Assembly (NCBI GenBank): GCA_017626555.1
Contig: JAGAIM010000019.1
Span: 20,345 to 84,344, forward strand
From: Bacteroidales bacterium
Lineage (GTDB): Bacteria; Bacteroidota; Bacteroidia; Bacteroidales; UBA932
Length of the DNA stretch: 64,000 bases
Direction: 5' to 3'
Positions 49,484 through 60,391 of this stretch are shown here, piece after piece. Numbering within the stretch: the first letter of the stretch is position 1; each line of letters begins with the position of its first letter. The notes beneath the pieces are model-generated. The model made no database searches and had not been told where the DNA came from. It saw only the letters and a program-made list of their open reading frames with translations. A program made the position numbers and the translations under genes.

Positions 49484-49911
49484 ATACGTTCCAATATAGA
49501 TCTGTACATATCTTCAACCGCTACGCTTAAGTTGCTCATCTGTATCATAACCGGCTTTCTGGCGTCCCTGAACTCAAGCCTCAGCACATCATACATAGGG
49601 AATTCGTATTTGAGTGTGGCACTTGAGAGCTCTTCGAAATAATACCTTTTGTATTCTTTCTGCCAGAGGAAACGTCTCTCAATGCGGTCTTCATAAATCC
49701 TGAGAACCGGTCTTTTCATTCTTCTGCTACGGATCACAAGAATGACGGAGACAGCGATAAACGCTCCAAGGATGAACAGGTATTCTATTATATCGCCACA
49801 ATCACCGATACTCATCAAAACAATCAGTCCGAGGATGAATATGACAATCACATAAAGTATCGATACACGGTCAGGTCTGGAGTAGGCCTCAATTACGGGA
49901 AGTTCGTTCAT
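49480..49911 (-). CDS. Hypothetical membrane protein (2 TM + soluble beta domain)
   Basis: Two TM followed by LRIYEDRIE; ATGA overlap with next gene. Confidence 0.7.
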   Translation of the reverse strand: MNELPVIEAYSRPDRVSILYVIVIFILGLIVLMSIGDCGDIIEYLFILGAFIAVSVILVIRSRRMKRPVLRIYEDRIERRFLWQKEYKRYYFEELSSATLKYEFPMYDVLRLEFRDARKPVMIQMSNLSVAVEDMYRSILERI

Positions 49912-49921
49912 AGTACGGCAG

Positions 49922-49984
49922 TTACTTGAGGAGAATCACTGTTACTGTAGCGCCTGCTGCGACGCCAAGAATTGCTAGTATCAT
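49922..49984 (-). CDS. Putative 20-aa hydrophobic small protein
   Basis: Hand translation MILAILGVAAGATVTVILLK*; first ORF after the promoter, AT-rich leader; missing from the ORF track. Confidence 0.5.
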   Translation of the reverse strand: MILAILGVAAGATVTVILLK

Positions 49985-50014
49985 AATCGTTCGTTTTTAT
50001 GGTTTTCAATGATA

Positions 50015-50051
50015 CAAAGGTAGCACGAAACAGTTTAACGCGAACAGTTTA
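50015..50051 (-). promoter_or_regulatory. Promoter with direct-repeat operator
   Basis: TACCTTTG (50015-50022, minus); AACAGTTTA twice (50029-50037, 50043-50051) across the -33 region. Confidence 0.5.
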
Positions 50052-50122
50052 CAGCAACAATATACCGCACATAACTCATTGATATTCAACGCCCGTGAAA
50101 CTTAAATCTTTCACACGTCGGA

Positions 50123-51556
50123 TCACGAGTTTGACGCAGGCGGATTTTCCAGCAGATTCTTAAGGTGATTCGCCAGATTCTTATCGTGTTCTCCAAGACC
50201 AAGTTTATGACGTATCACACTTCCGTATGTATAGTGCCTCTTCAGGTTTATGTATTCACCTATCTCCTTACCGTTAAGTCCGACGAGATACAGGCAGCAG
50301 TAATTCACCTCCCAATCGGTAAGACCGCGTGAACAAAGGTATGACATAAACTTCGGATGCCCGGCCTCGAACGACTTTCTGGTCGATTCGAGGAAAGCCT
50401 CTCGATTTGATATGAGCATCTCGATCTGGGCATTGGCCTCCTTGTTTGCCGAAGATGAATCCGTAATGTATGAAGCGATGACCTTGTTGAGCAAGGCAAG
50501 CCTCTGCTTTATCACAGCCTTCATCTCATCATCTGCATTCTTCGCTTCCGCCATCTTGTTCAAGGCTTCACGCTCGATCAATGCATCAGCATATAGTTTC
50601 TCTACCCTAGCCTTCTCTATGCTCATAAGAACATTGTCCTGCATACTCTTGGAAAGGCGTCTGCGGGTCTCACGAAGAGCAAGGAGAACTGCAATAAGAA
50701 TAATGAAAAAACCAAGAAGAATGGTATTCATATCACGCCTTCTGGCTTCCTTGTCTTCAAAAAAGAAATGTCTTTCCTCAATAAAACGGGTATCACTGGT
50801 ATGTTGTATCCGAGCCAGAGAATCAGCCAGAACATTATGACGTTCAAGAGCAGTCAGGGCTGCCTCAAAATCGCCCTGAGATTTGAGAACCTGATACAGA
50901 ACGACATAATAATTCTGATCACGGCTGATATCCTTGGCTTCGGCCTCCTTTCTTATGGCGTGTAGCGCCTTATCATACTCACCGGCCTCATTGTAATAAA
51001 ATGCCAGAATACGCCAGTCTGGTGTACCTTCTGTCGGCAGATCGGCAAGATAAGCATCGATCAGAGGAACAGCGGCTTCCGCTCCGTCTTCAAGTTCAGT
51101 CAGTTTTATCCTGCAGAGATGATATGCGTGCTTTGCCTGCCCCTGATAGAATCTCGCATTTTCCTGCATAATGCTGATGCACTTATGCGCGCGGGAAGCA
51201 TCAAGATTCAGGACACTGGCATCACATAAAAGAAGCAGAGCATTGCAATAGTTCAAAGTGTCTCCGGAAGTCAGGAAAATATCTGTACCCTCTGAATATG
51301 AATCGATTGCCTTGGCATAGTCAAAGTACCTGTAGTAAATATCTCCCTTACGCATCTTCAGAAAACCGAGTTCCGCAGAAGGGATATCTTCATTATAGCA
51401 TTTCTCCGCCTTGACCAAGGCATTCATAGCCTCCTCGTCCTTTCCCTGCCGGAAAAGTTCTTCTGCAGAATGGAGATACGAAGCAAAATCTTCTGTCTGT
51501 CTCATTTGACACGAAACTGACAGAAGAATTATAATGGAGAGCGTGATAATTTTCAT
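50123..51556 (-). CDS. TPR-TM-HTH (LuxR-like) membrane sensor/regulator
   Basis: Lipobox-like SVSC, TPR-like helices, one TM, C-terminal GLTDWEVNYCCLYLVGLNGKEIG..IRHKLGL. Confidence 0.75.
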   Translation of the reverse strand: MKIITLSIIILLSVSCQMRQTEDFASYLHSAEELFRQGKDEEAMNALVKAEKCYNEDIPSAELGFLKMRKGDIYYRYFDYAKAIDSYSEGTDIFLTSGDTLNYCNALLLLCDASVLNLDASRAHKCISIMQENARFYQGQAKHAYHLCRIKLTELEDGAEAAVPLIDAYLADLPTEGTPDWRILAFYYNEAGEYDKALHAIRKEAEAKDISRDQNYYVVLYQVLKSQGDFEAALTALERHNVLADSLARIQHTSDTRFIEERHFFFEDKEARRRDMNTILLGFFIILIAVLLALRETRRRLSKSMQDNVLMSIEKARVEKLYADALIEREALNKMAEAKNADDEMKAVIKQRLALLNKVIASYITDSSSANKEANAQIEMLISNREAFLESTRKSFEAGHPKFMSYLCSRGLTDWEVNYCCLYLVGLNGKEIGEYINLKRHYTYGSVIRHKLGLGEHDKNLANHLKNLLENPPASNS

Positions 51557-51582
51557 AACTGGGGAAAGTTCGTTCGAAATAT

Positions 51583-52224
51583 TCAGCCACGCATTGCAGA
51601 AATGACATCTGCAGGTGAATCCGAATTGAATACAGAACTTCCGGCAACCAGAATTTCCGCACCGGCTTCAATGAGTGGTTTTGAATTGACTGGAGACACA
51701 CCTCCATCAACTTCAATCTTTACTGAGAGCCCTAAACGGTCAATTTCCTTCTTTAGTGTCCTGATACGGTCATATATATCCTCAATGAACTTCTGACCAC
51801 CGAATCCAGCATATACCGACATAAGGATAATGTAGTCGCATAGATGAAGATAAGGATAAAGAGACTCGACAGGCATATCCGGATTAATCACCAGTCCAGC
51901 CTTCATACCAGTCTCCCTGATGTGAAGAAGAGCCTGTGCCGGTTTATCTGTAGCGTTAAGATGGAAACTTAGCATAGAAACCCCGATTCTGGCAAAACGT
52001 TCGATATATTTTTCCGGATGAACAATCATAAGATGCACATCAAGGGGTTTTCTTGCGACTTTTGCGATAGCCTCAACAACTGGAAAACCGTATGAAATGT
52101 TCGGGACGAATGTTCCATCCATAATATCCAGATGAAAGAGGTCAGCATTTTTGTTCACCATTTCCACATCTCTTCCAAGATGAAGGAAGTCGGCTGCAAG
52201 CATTGAAGGGGCGATTTGTATCAT
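51583..52224 (-). CDS. rpe: Ribulose-phosphate 3-epimerase
   Basis: APSMLAADF, HLDIMDG, DVHLM, EVDGG, VAGS. Confidence 0.96.
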   Translation of the reverse strand: MIQIAPSMLAADFLHLGRDVEMVNKNADLFHLDIMDGTFVPNISYGFPVVEAIAKVARKPLDVHLMIVHPEKYIERFARIGVSMLSFHLNATDKPAQALLHIRETGMKAGLVINPDMPVESLYPYLHLCDYIILMSVYAGFGGQKFIEDIYDRIRTLKKEIDRLGLSVKIEVDGGVSPVNSKPLIEAGAEILVAGSSVFNSDSPADVISAMRG

Positions 52225-52260
52225 AATTTGTTTGATTTCAGTAAATAAAACAAATATGTT

Positions 52261-53694
52261 CTATTTAAAATTCTTAATAACATCTACAAGGAGAGCCACA
52301 AATTTATCAAGTGAAGCCAGATCAAGCCTCTCTCCCGGAGCGTGGACACCTCTAAGTGTAGGTCCGAACGAAACCATATCAAGTCCCGGGAACTTTTCAG
52401 TGAAGAGTCCGCATTCCAGACCTGCGTGAATTGCCTTGACTTTCGGCTCTACTCCGAACAACTTCTTATATGAAGCCACACAAGCATCCCTTATTGGTGA
52501 TTCTGCAGCAGGAGCCCATCCCGGATATTCTCCTTCGTGCTTCACAATGGCTCCTGCGAGAACGAAGCAAGCCTCCATCTTAGCCGCAGCAGCGCGACGG
52601 GCAGCCGTGACACAACTTCTCTGGCTGGAACCTATTCGGATTACACCTGGCTCAGTCATCTTGACAGAAGCGAGATTAGTCGAGGTCTCCACAAAATTCT
52701 CAATTTCCTGGCTCATTGCAAGCACTCCGTGCGGTGATGCACAAAGGGCTGCAACCAGATTCCAGGCAGTCATTTCATCTATTGCAGAATCCTTCTCGAG
52801 GTTGCTTTCTCCATAACCTACTTTAAGATCCTTCTCTATAGCACCATATTCTTCCGCAACTTCAGCAGCATATTCTTCGAGTCTCTCATTGATGATTTCA
52901 AGGGTATCCTCCTCGGCGGCAATGACAGCCTTAGCCTCACGGGCAATGGCATTACGCTTGTTTCCTCCGTCAATAGTCACCAACTGCCAGTCAAGGTCGA
53001 GAATGCTGTAAAGGAAACGTCCGAGGAGTTGGACTGCATTTGCACGCCCTTTATTTATATCATCACCGCTATGTCCTCCCATTGCATCTTTTACAAATAC
53101 TTCCTGGAGAACGAAATCTGACTGAATGGGCTCATTCTTATAATTGAATTCAGCAGTAGTGTCTATGCCGCCGGCGCAGCCGACAAAAATCTCTCCTTCA
53201 TCTTCAGAGTCAAGATTCAACAGGACTTTACCGGTGAAGAATCCCGGTTCGAGTGCCATCGCACCGTCAAGTCCGGTTTCTTCAGAGGTGGTGAAAAGAC
53301 ATTCTATCTTGCCACAAGGCATATCACTGACCAGGAGAGCCATCTGGGCAGCCACACCGATGCCGCAGTCTGCACCGAGAGTAGTATCCGGAGCAATCAT
53401 CCAACCATCCTTGATGATGTATCTGATCGGATCCTTTGCGAAGTCGTGTTCTACCCCCTCATTCTTTTCACATACCATATCCGAATGACTCTGCAGAACC
53501 ATTGCCGGTACATCTTCATAGCCTGGCGCTGCCTCCTTGGTAATCAATACATTACCAGCCTTGTCAGTCTTGCATTCAAGATTGTGTTTTGCAGCGAATT
53601 CCTGCAGGTAAGCAACAATCTTTTCTTCGTGTCCGGATTCGCGTGGAATCTGCGTGATCTCCTTGAAATAGGATAAAACTTTCTCTGAATTCAT
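52261..53694 (-). CDS. pepD: Aminoacyl-histidine dipeptidase (M20)
   Basis: QSHSDMV, TLGADCGIG, EETGLDGA, NLDSED, IHAGLECG. Confidence 0.93.
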   Translation of the reverse strand: MNSEKVLSYFKEITQIPRESGHEEKIVAYLQEFAAKHNLECKTDKAGNVLITKEAAPGYEDVPAMVLQSHSDMVCEKNEGVEHDFAKDPIRYIIKDGWMIAPDTTLGADCGIGVAAQMALLVSDMPCGKIECLFTTSEETGLDGAMALEPGFFTGKVLLNLDSEDEGEIFVGCAGGIDTTAEFNYKNEPIQSDFVLQEVFVKDAMGGHSGDDINKGRANAVQLLGRFLYSILDLDWQLVTIDGGNKRNAIAREAKAVIAAEEDTLEIINERLEEYAAEVAEEYGAIEKDLKVGYGESNLEKDSAIDEMTAWNLVAALCASPHGVLAMSQEIENFVETSTNLASVKMTEPGVIRIGSSQRSCVTAARRAAAAKMEACFVLAGAIVKHEGEYPGWAPAAESPIRDACVASYKKLFGVEPKVKAIHAGLECGLFTEKFPGLDMVSFGPTLRGVHAPGERLDLASLDKFVALLVDVIKNFK

Positions 53695-53738
53695 ATACGT
53701 AGCACTTATTTTTACAAAGATAATAATAAAAAGAAAAC

Positions 53739-53756
53739 CCGCCCCATTTAGGGCGG
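53739..53756 (-). terminator. dnaA terminator
   Basis: CCGCCC-N6-GGGCGG hairpin followed on the minus strand by a T-rich run. Confidence 0.55.
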
Positions 53757-53762
53757 ATTATA

Positions 53763-55184
53763 CTATCTTCTTACGGGTACAAGCATCTTTTCAATGTCGG
53801 TGACATATTGCTTGAACGTCTTATCTGTTGTCATCAGATCATTTACTGTCGTACAAGCGTGAAGCACAGTCGCGTGATCCTTACCTCCGATTTCTGCGCC
53901 GATAGTCGAGAGAGAACAGTTGAGCAATGTGCGAGCCATATACATAGCAATCTGCCTTGCCTGGACTATCTGGCGTTTTCTTGTCTTGGAAAGAAGATCA
54001 TCTCTTGTGATGTTGAAATAATCACATACAACCTTCTGCACCTTGTCAATAGTGACATCGTTCTGCTGCTCGCCCACTATCTTTTCGGTGATCTTCTCTG
54101 CAAGTTCGACTGTGATCTCCTTATGAGCAAGAGTAGCATTTGCTATGAGAGAGATCAATGCACCTTCAAGTTCTCTGAAGTTGGACTTTATTCTCGTTGC
54201 AAGGAAATGCAGAACTTCGTCCTTCAGGGACACTCCTTCGCGGAAGGCTCTGGCCTTGAGCATTTCAAGCCTCGTTGCAAAGTCAGGCTTCTGCAATTCC
54301 ACAGACAGTCCCCATTTAAGGCGTGACAGAAGCCTTTCCTCAAAACTTTCAAGATCCACAGGCGGCCTGTCAGATGTGAATATCAACTGCTTGCCAGACT
54401 GATGAAGATGATTGAATATATTGAAGAACGCATTCTGTGTTCCCTGACCGATGAGATCCTGGATGTCATCCATTATCAGCACATCGATCTTCATATAGAA
54501 CGCAAGAAAATCAGTCAACTTGTTCTTAACGTGAACAGCATCCATATACTGAGTCTTGAACCTGTTTGCAGGTACATAGAGGACAACCAGTTCCGGATAT
54601 TTCTTCTTGATCTCCACACCAATGGCCTGGGCCAGATGTGTCTTTCCAAGTCCCGGACCACCGAAAAGGAAAAGAGGATTGAATGCAGTCTTGCCCGGTG
54701 ACATTGAAATGCTTTCCGCAGCAGTGAATCCCATCTTGTTGCACTCACCTACTATCAGGTTCTCGAAACAATATACAGGATTGAGGTGTGACTCGATACG
54801 CACTCTCTGGATTCCAGGGAATACGAATGGCCCCGGATTTCCAGCCTTTCCGTATGTTTCCACAGCAACGGTCTTATTGACCGGAACATTGCCGTGAGAA
54901 GCAGGATAGACAAGTGACTGCTGCTTCTGGACAGGAGTAACGACATACACAAGTTTTGCACCCACACCAAGTTCCTTCTTGAGTGATGCCTTCAGAATGT
55001 CAAGATAAGCACCTTCCACATATTCACGGAAAAACTCGGACGGAACTTCCACAGTAAGTGTTGATTCAACCAATGATACAGGCTTTATGGGCTTGAACCA
55101 AAGATTGAACTGTCGTGGATCGATATTCTGCCCTATGAAGTTAAGGCAGTTGTTCCATACAGATATGTGTTTTTCCGGTGTCAT
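53763..55184 (-). CDS. dnaA: Chromosomal replication initiator
   Basis: GGPGLGKTHL, DDIQ, RELEGAL, ARQIAMY, GGKDHATVLH. Confidence 0.97.
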   Translation of the reverse strand: MTPEKHISVWNNCLNFIGQNIDPRQFNLWFKPIKPVSLVESTLTVEVPSEFFREYVEGAYLDILKASLKKELGVGAKLVYVVTPVQKQQSLVYPASHGNVPVNKTVAVETYGKAGNPGPFVFPGIQRVRIESHLNPVYCFENLIVGECNKMGFTAAESISMSPGKTAFNPLFLFGGPGLGKTHLAQAIGVEIKKKYPELVVLYVPANRFKTQYMDAVHVKNKLTDFLAFYMKIDVLIMDDIQDLIGQGTQNAFFNIFNHLHQSGKQLIFTSDRPPVDLESFEERLLSRLKWGLSVELQKPDFATRLEMLKARAFREGVSLKDEVLHFLATRIKSNFRELEGALISLIANATLAHKEITVELAEKITEKIVGEQQNDVTIDKVQKVVCDYFNITRDDLLSKTRKRQIVQARQIAMYMARTLLNCSLSTIGAEIGGKDHATVLHACTTVNDLMTTDKTFKQYVTDIEKMLVPVRR

Positions 55185-55452
55185 CTATTATCAGGAGTCA
55201 AGTTTCAGACCCGTTTTCAAACGGGACTACAAAGATGAGGAAAAAAAAGTAATAAAAAATAAAAAATTCTATTGCTTTTTAATTTTATTTTACACCCCCG
55301 ATAAAAATACAATAGGTCTTTTGTAATTTCTAATATACTGAAAATCAAACAATTAGAAATATAAAAACCTCATAAACGCCTATGAGACAGCAGTATTTCA
55401 ATTTTGAATCTTTCAAAATACTCAAATCGCGTTTATTTGTGGATAGAACAAC

Positions 55453-56358
55453 TTAGAATACAGAAATTCTTAAATATTTCTTGGGATTTTCCTCAATTTT
55501 CTTAACCAATACATTAATGTCGTTCAATAATGCATCGACTGAATCATATATGGAGTTATCAACAAAAAGTTTTCCGACAGTTCCCTCCGGATCGTTCATA
55601 TTTTCCAGAAGAGTTTTGAAAGAGGAGATCACTCCTTCAATATCAGCCTGGGAAATCGAGGATATTACAGTATTTACACCTGTCATTGCCGTGTCAGCCT
55701 TATCAACTATACTGACCATCTTGCAGGAAAGAGAGTCCAGGTCATCTATAAAGGCTGTGAGTTCATCTGACTTTCCTCCGATTGCAGATGACAGAGACTG
55801 AACTTGCGCCATTGTCTTTTCAAGATGTGCAAGTGTCCTTGCGATCGAGGCGCTGTTATCCTCTGAAAGAATGCTGTTGATTCCAGATACAGTATATGCA
55901 AGACTGTCAAGAGTAGCAGTGACTTTAGCAATGAGAGGGCCTATCCCTGCAGAAAGGCCATCCATAAGTCCAGCCTCGAATGAAGGCGTAAGGGTATCTC
56001 CGTCTGAAGCCATCGACACGGATGTCCCCAAATCTATCCTAATTCCCTTTCCACCCATAATATCTACGCTATAAATAGTCATCTTCGAATCCGCAGGTAT
56101 CTGGAATTCCTTTTTTATGGAACAGATTACCTCGAAATCTTCGTTTTCACTATCATAGACCACTTCCGATACCTTTCCAGCCTTATAGCCCTTTATGAAA
56201 ACAGGGGCGGAAGGAACGAGTCCTTCAACATTCTCAAACCTCGACGACAATTCTATCTCCCTGTTGAAAATATCTTCCCCACGGAGATAATTGATCAGAA
56301 AGAATGACACAATCAGAATGCTGACGGTAAAAATACCGATTTTCAATTCCTTGCTCAT
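55453..56358 (-). CDS. MlaD/MCE family protein
   Basis: ELKIGIF, GLVPSAPVFIKGYKAGKV, coiled coil, NPKKYLRISVF. Confidence 0.88.
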   Translation of the reverse strand: MSKELKIGIFTVSILIVSFFLINYLRGEDIFNREIELSSRFENVEGLVPSAPVFIKGYKAGKVSEVVYDSENEDFEVICSIKKEFQIPADSKMTIYSVDIMGGKGIRIDLGTSVSMASDGDTLTPSFEAGLMDGLSAGIGPLIAKVTATLDSLAYTVSGINSILSEDNSASIARTLAHLEKTMAQVQSLSSAIGGKSDELTAFIDDLDSLSCKMVSIVDKADTAMTGVNTVISSISQADIEGVISSFKTLLENMNDPEGTVGKLFVDNSIYDSVDALLNDINVLVKKIEENPKKYLRISVF

Positions 56359-56365
56359 TATCAGA

Positions 56366-57487
56366 TTATTTTACTAGTTCTACTTTTTCACCAATTACTT
56401 TTACTACGAATGCTTCAGGAAATTTTTTGCGTACAGTTGCAAGATTGTCATAGGCTTCCTTTGAAGTTGCATACGTGCCATATACATATTTATATATATT
56501 CGACTGCTCAGCCTTTACTGGTCTAACGGATAGTCCTTTCAATGCCGGATCTCCTTTGGCAAGAAGACGTCCGAGTCCCATTATCTGTATTCCGAAATAT
56601 TCATCTGAAGCCTCTGTATGAACCTCATCTGCTTGAGGAGATGGAACGCTCGAAGAATCAAATGAAGTGACAGATGAATCATATTGCTTCTTATAGGCCT
56701 TGAAAGCATCGAAAAGCCTTCCTGCTATCTCCTCCTGCCATTTTGATGACACCAGAATCTGCCTTTCATTAGCATTGGAAAGAAATGCCGTTTCGACAAG
56801 CACGGCCGGACAGGTCATCTTTTTCAAAAGAAGAAAATCATTCTGATGGATTCCTTTACCCCACTTGTGCAAAGGCTTGACAGCAAGGTTGTCAACGATA
56901 AGTTGCGCAAAAAGAACGCTATGGTCGAAATTGGCGTGAAACAGGAGGGTGTTCAGTATCTGGTCTTCCGGGGAATCTTCAGCATAACCGGACTGGTCTT
57001 CCTCAAACTGTATCACAGAGTTCTCGAGTTTTGTCAATTCCACATTCTCATCAAACAGATCCCTGTCGGGATTCCTGCTGTCCTTTCTTGAAAGTATATG
57101 TGCGGATGAGCCTGAAGCAGACTTGTTCTTGCTCGAATTGCAGTGTATGGATATAAACAGATCTGCGTTGTTGTCGTGTGCGATCTTTACCCTGTCGGTA
57201 AGTTTTGGGAAAGTATCTCCTGACCTTGTATATACAACCTTGACCTCCGGATATTCACTCTTGATCTTTTCACCGAGTTTCTTTGCAATGCTGAGAACTA
57301 TGTGTTTCTCACTTGTCTTGCTGTCAGGCCCGGGAGCACCGGGATCCTTGCCGCCGTGTCCAGGATCTATCACAATTGTCCTGAGGCCTGTTCCGCTGCC
57401 CGATGTCTGGCCGGAAATATGCAGGAAAGGATTCAGCAATGCTGCAAGGCTGATCATTATGGTGGAAATTATAACTTTAATGTCCAT
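56366..57487 (-). CDS. N-acetylmuramoyl-L-alanine amidase (Amidase_3)
   Basis: IDPGHGG, E, FISIHCNS, LVETAFLSN. Confidence 0.92.
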   Translation of the reverse strand: MDIKVIISTIMISLAALLNPFLHISGQTSGSGTGLRTIVIDPGHGGKDPGAPGPDSKTSEKHIVLSIAKKLGEKIKSEYPEVKVVYTRSGDTFPKLTDRVKIAHDNNADLFISIHCNSSKNKSASGSSAHILSRKDSRNPDRDLFDENVELTKLENSVIQFEEDQSGYAEDSPEDQILNTLLFHANFDHSVLFAQLIVDNLAVKPLHKWGKGIHQNDFLLLKKMTCPAVLVETAFLSNANERQILVSSKWQEEIAGRLFDAFKAYKKQYDSSVTSFDSSSVPSPQADEVHTEASDEYFGIQIMGLGRLLAKGDPALKGLSVRPVKAEQSNIYKYVYGTYATSKEAYDNLATVRKKFPEAFVVKVIGEKVELVK

Positions 57488-57601
57488 ATCGGCATCTCAA
57501 TTTGGTAATAATTGAAATTAGTTTTAAATTTGCGACTTGCAAAAATAGCAAAAACTTGCAATAACAGGAAATTATTGATGTCAATATATATTAAAGGAAA
57601 G

Positions 57602-60391
57602 ATGAAAATGTGGTCTGCAAAGTGGATACTGGCGGCTCTTATGCTGTTGGTATTCAACACTTTCACATTATCATCCCAGGAAAGCAGAAGAAGCCGCCGC
57701 GCCCAGAGGGAGCAGATTGCAGCAGAAGTTCGTTCCGGCTTCAATATGAAATCCGAATCAAGTGACTCCCTTGACATCAGTGATTCTCTTTCTGCTATGA
57801 ATGATTCCACACGTTTCGTTATGGATTCGATTGCAAGAGCAGACTCCATTTTCAAGCAGGACTCGATTGCAATGCTCCGGAAAAGTTCTCTGGAAGCGCC
57901 GGCTTTCACTGCTGCCCGCGACTCGATCATAGAAGATTTCAGCGACGGCAAGAAACTCATATATTATTATGGAGACGTAAGTGTCACATACGGAAATATG
58001 AAGTTGACAGCCGACTATATGGAATATGACCTGAACACTTCCACCCTATACGCCCGAGGCACCAAGGATACTACTGGGGTGATTACAGGCCGGCCTGTAA
58101 TGGAACAAGGCGGAAAGTCGTACGAGATGGAGGAGGTCAGATATAACTTCGAGACCAACAAGGCCAGGATCACCAATATGATCACCCAGGAGCAGGAGGG
58201 CATACTTCACGGAAAGAAAATCAAGATGATGCCAGACCGTTCGATCAACATCGCCAACGGAAGATATACCGTCTGCGATTGCGAAGAACCGCACTATTAC
58301 CTGCACTTGAGCCGAGCAAAAGTGATGACCAAGCCGTCGCAGAAAACGGTGTTCGGTCCTGCGTGGCCGGTCATAGCCGATGTGCCGCTGCCATTGGCGC
58401 TTCCTTTCGGATTCATTCCTGACCGCCCTGACAGAGCCACGGGTATCCTCTTCCCTTCATTCGGAGAAGAAGCCTCCCGAGGATTCTATCTCAGGGATGC
58501 CGGACTATATTTCGTTATAGGAGATTATTTCGACGTTGCACTCACAGCCGACATATACACTCTCGGATCGTGGGCTGTCGATCTGAATTCCAGATATAAG
58601 GTGAACTACAAGTTCAACGGTAATGTTTCCATAACTTATTCCAACGACCAGGCTGGTGAAAAAGGAAGTTCAGACTTCTTCCAGACCAAGAACTTCGGTG
58701 TAAGGTGGACACATTCCCAGGATGCAAAGGCAAGACCTGGAACAAGTTTCTCTGCATCGGTGAACTTCTCCAGCCCATCCAACAACAAATACAACTCGAC
58801 TTCAGTCACAGAAGCATTGCAGAATCAGATATCGTCTTCCATTTCATATTCCAAGAACTGGAACGGTAAACTGAACCTGTCCATCAATGCCCTCCATAAT
58901 CAGAACTCGAAGGACAGTTCGTATTCATTTACGCTGCCTAATGTAACATTTTCCGTAAGCAGATTCTATCCGTTCAAGCGCAAGAACAGAGTCGGAAAGG
59001 AGAAATTCTACGAGAAATTCTCTCTTGGCTACAACACAGCATTCCAGAACAGAATCAACTTCAAGGCATCTGAATTCAATAAGCCGGGATTCTGGGACAA
59101 GTTCCAGAACGGTATGACTCATACCTTCCAGATAGGTCTTCCTAACTTCACTGCCTTCAAATACATCAACGTCACTCCAAGCGTTCAGTATGGAATGAAC
59201 TGGTATTTCAGGAAAATCGAACAGGAATATAATCCAGATACCGGCCAGGTGGAGAAAGTGCAGGGAAAGGCATTCGGACATTTCGGAACGTCCCACAACT
59301 ATTCCGGAAGCATATCGATGAGTACGCGAATCTATGGTCTGTTCAACTTCGGTAAACATCGTAAACTACAGGCTATAAGACACGTCGTATCACCTTCCCT
59401 TTCCGCCTCCTTCAGCCCGGAGAAAGGCACGTATTTCAATGGATACAGGACGTTGACATATACTGACAGAAACGGTCAGGTCAAAACTCAGGACTACAAC
59501 ATATACACCGGAGCAGGTACAGGATCGCCTCCTGGAAAGGGAAAGACAGCCAGTCTCAATTTCAGTCTCGGAAACAATTTCGAGGCTAAAGTCCGCGATC
59601 TGGCCGACACAACAGGTACGGGCACCAAGAAGATAAAACTCATTGACCAGTTGAATTTTTCTACAGGATACAACTTCCTGGCAGAAGAGTTCAATATGAG
59701 TAATATCAGCGTGACAATGTCCACATCCGTATTCGGCAAACTCGGAATCAATGCTAATGCACAGTTCGATCCATACGCCATTCTCGTCGATCAGGATCAT
59801 AAGAGCGGACAGAGGATCAACAAGTTTGCAATCACTCAGGGACAGGGACTTGCACGAATGAACAGCGCCAGCGTATCCCTTTCATATTCGCTCTCCGGAG
59901 AAGGAAAGATCAACGGTAACGATGGAGGTCAGCAGGCCACTGGAAATGCATCTGCAAACTATATGAGGATGTATTACCATCCTGTGACTGGAGAATACAT
60001 TCCAGGAGGATGGCTGTATTATATGAATCCGAACGCTCCTTGGTCAGTCAACTTCAACTACTCATACAGTTTCAGAAGAGGATACCAGTTCGCCAACGGT
60101 AAGTCAACGGCAAACAACACTCATACTCAGACTCTCGGCATTACTGGACAGATCAAACTCACTCCGCGTTTGTCAATGAATCTGACTACAGGTTTCGACC
60201 TTATGGCTCTTAAGATGACCACTACACAATTCAGTGCACAATACGATCTGCACTGTTTCAATATCCGTGTATCCTGGGTGCCAAATGGTCAATGGGAGTC
60301 CTGGACATTCCAAATTGCTGCAAATGCTGCGGCTTTGGCAGACCTTTTGAAATACAAGAAGAGCAGTAGTTACTGGGACAACAATTTCTAA
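57602..60391 (+). CDS. lptD: Putative LPS-assembly protein LptD
   Basis: LYYYGDVSVTY-like OstA region, YTVCDCEEPHY, long beta-barrel, DLHCF; start 57578 also possible; TAAATTTG promoter at 57525-57532. Confidence 0.85.
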   Translation: MKMWSAKWILAALMLLVFNTFTLSSQESRRSRRAQREQIAAEVRSGFNMKSESSDSLDISDSLSAMNDSTRFVMDSIARADSIFKQDSIAMLRKSSLEAPAFTAARDSIIEDFSDGKKLIYYYGDVSVTYGNMKLTADYMEYDLNTSTLYARGTKDTTGVITGRPVMEQGGKSYEMEEVRYNFETNKARITNMITQEQEGILHGKKIKMMPDRSINIANGRYTVCDCEEPHYYLHLSRAKVMTKPSQKTVFGPAWPVIADVPLPLALPFGFIPDRPDRATGILFPSFGEEASRGFYLRDAGLYFVIGDYFDVALTADIYTLGSWAVDLNSRYKVNYKFNGNVSITYSNDQAGEKGSSDFFQTKNFGVRWTHSQDAKARPGTSFSASVNFSSPSNNKYNSTSVTEALQNQISSSISYSKNWNGKLNLSINALHNQNSKDSSYSFTLPNVTFSVSRFYPFKRKNRVGKEKFYEKFSLGYNTAFQNRINFKASEFNKPGFWDKFQNGMTHTFQIGLPNFTAFKYINVTPSVQYGMNWYFRKIEQEYNPDTGQVEKVQGKAFGHFGTSHNYSGSISMSTRIYGLFNFGKHRKLQAIRHVVSPSLSASFSPEKGTYFNGYRTLTYTDRNGQVKTQDYNIYTGAGTGSPPGKGKTASLNFSLGNNFEAKVRDLADTTGTGTKKIKLIDQLNFSTGYNFLAEEFNMSNISVTMSTSVFGKLGINANAQFDPYAILVDQDHKSGQRINKFAITQGQGLARMNSASVSLSYSLSGEGKINGNDGGQQATGNASANYMRMYYHPVTGEYIPGGWLYYMNPNAPWSVNFNYSYSFRRGYQFANGKSTANNTHTQTLGITGQIKLTPRLSMNLTTGFDLMALKMTTTQFSAQYDLHCFNIRVSWVPNGQWESWTFQIAANAAALADLLKYKKSSSYWDNNF

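Noticed and set aside
55185-55452. oriC upstream of dnaA
   Set aside because: AT-rich, but only one DnaA-box-like 9-mer (TGTGGATAG, 55438-55446) found; not enough for an origin
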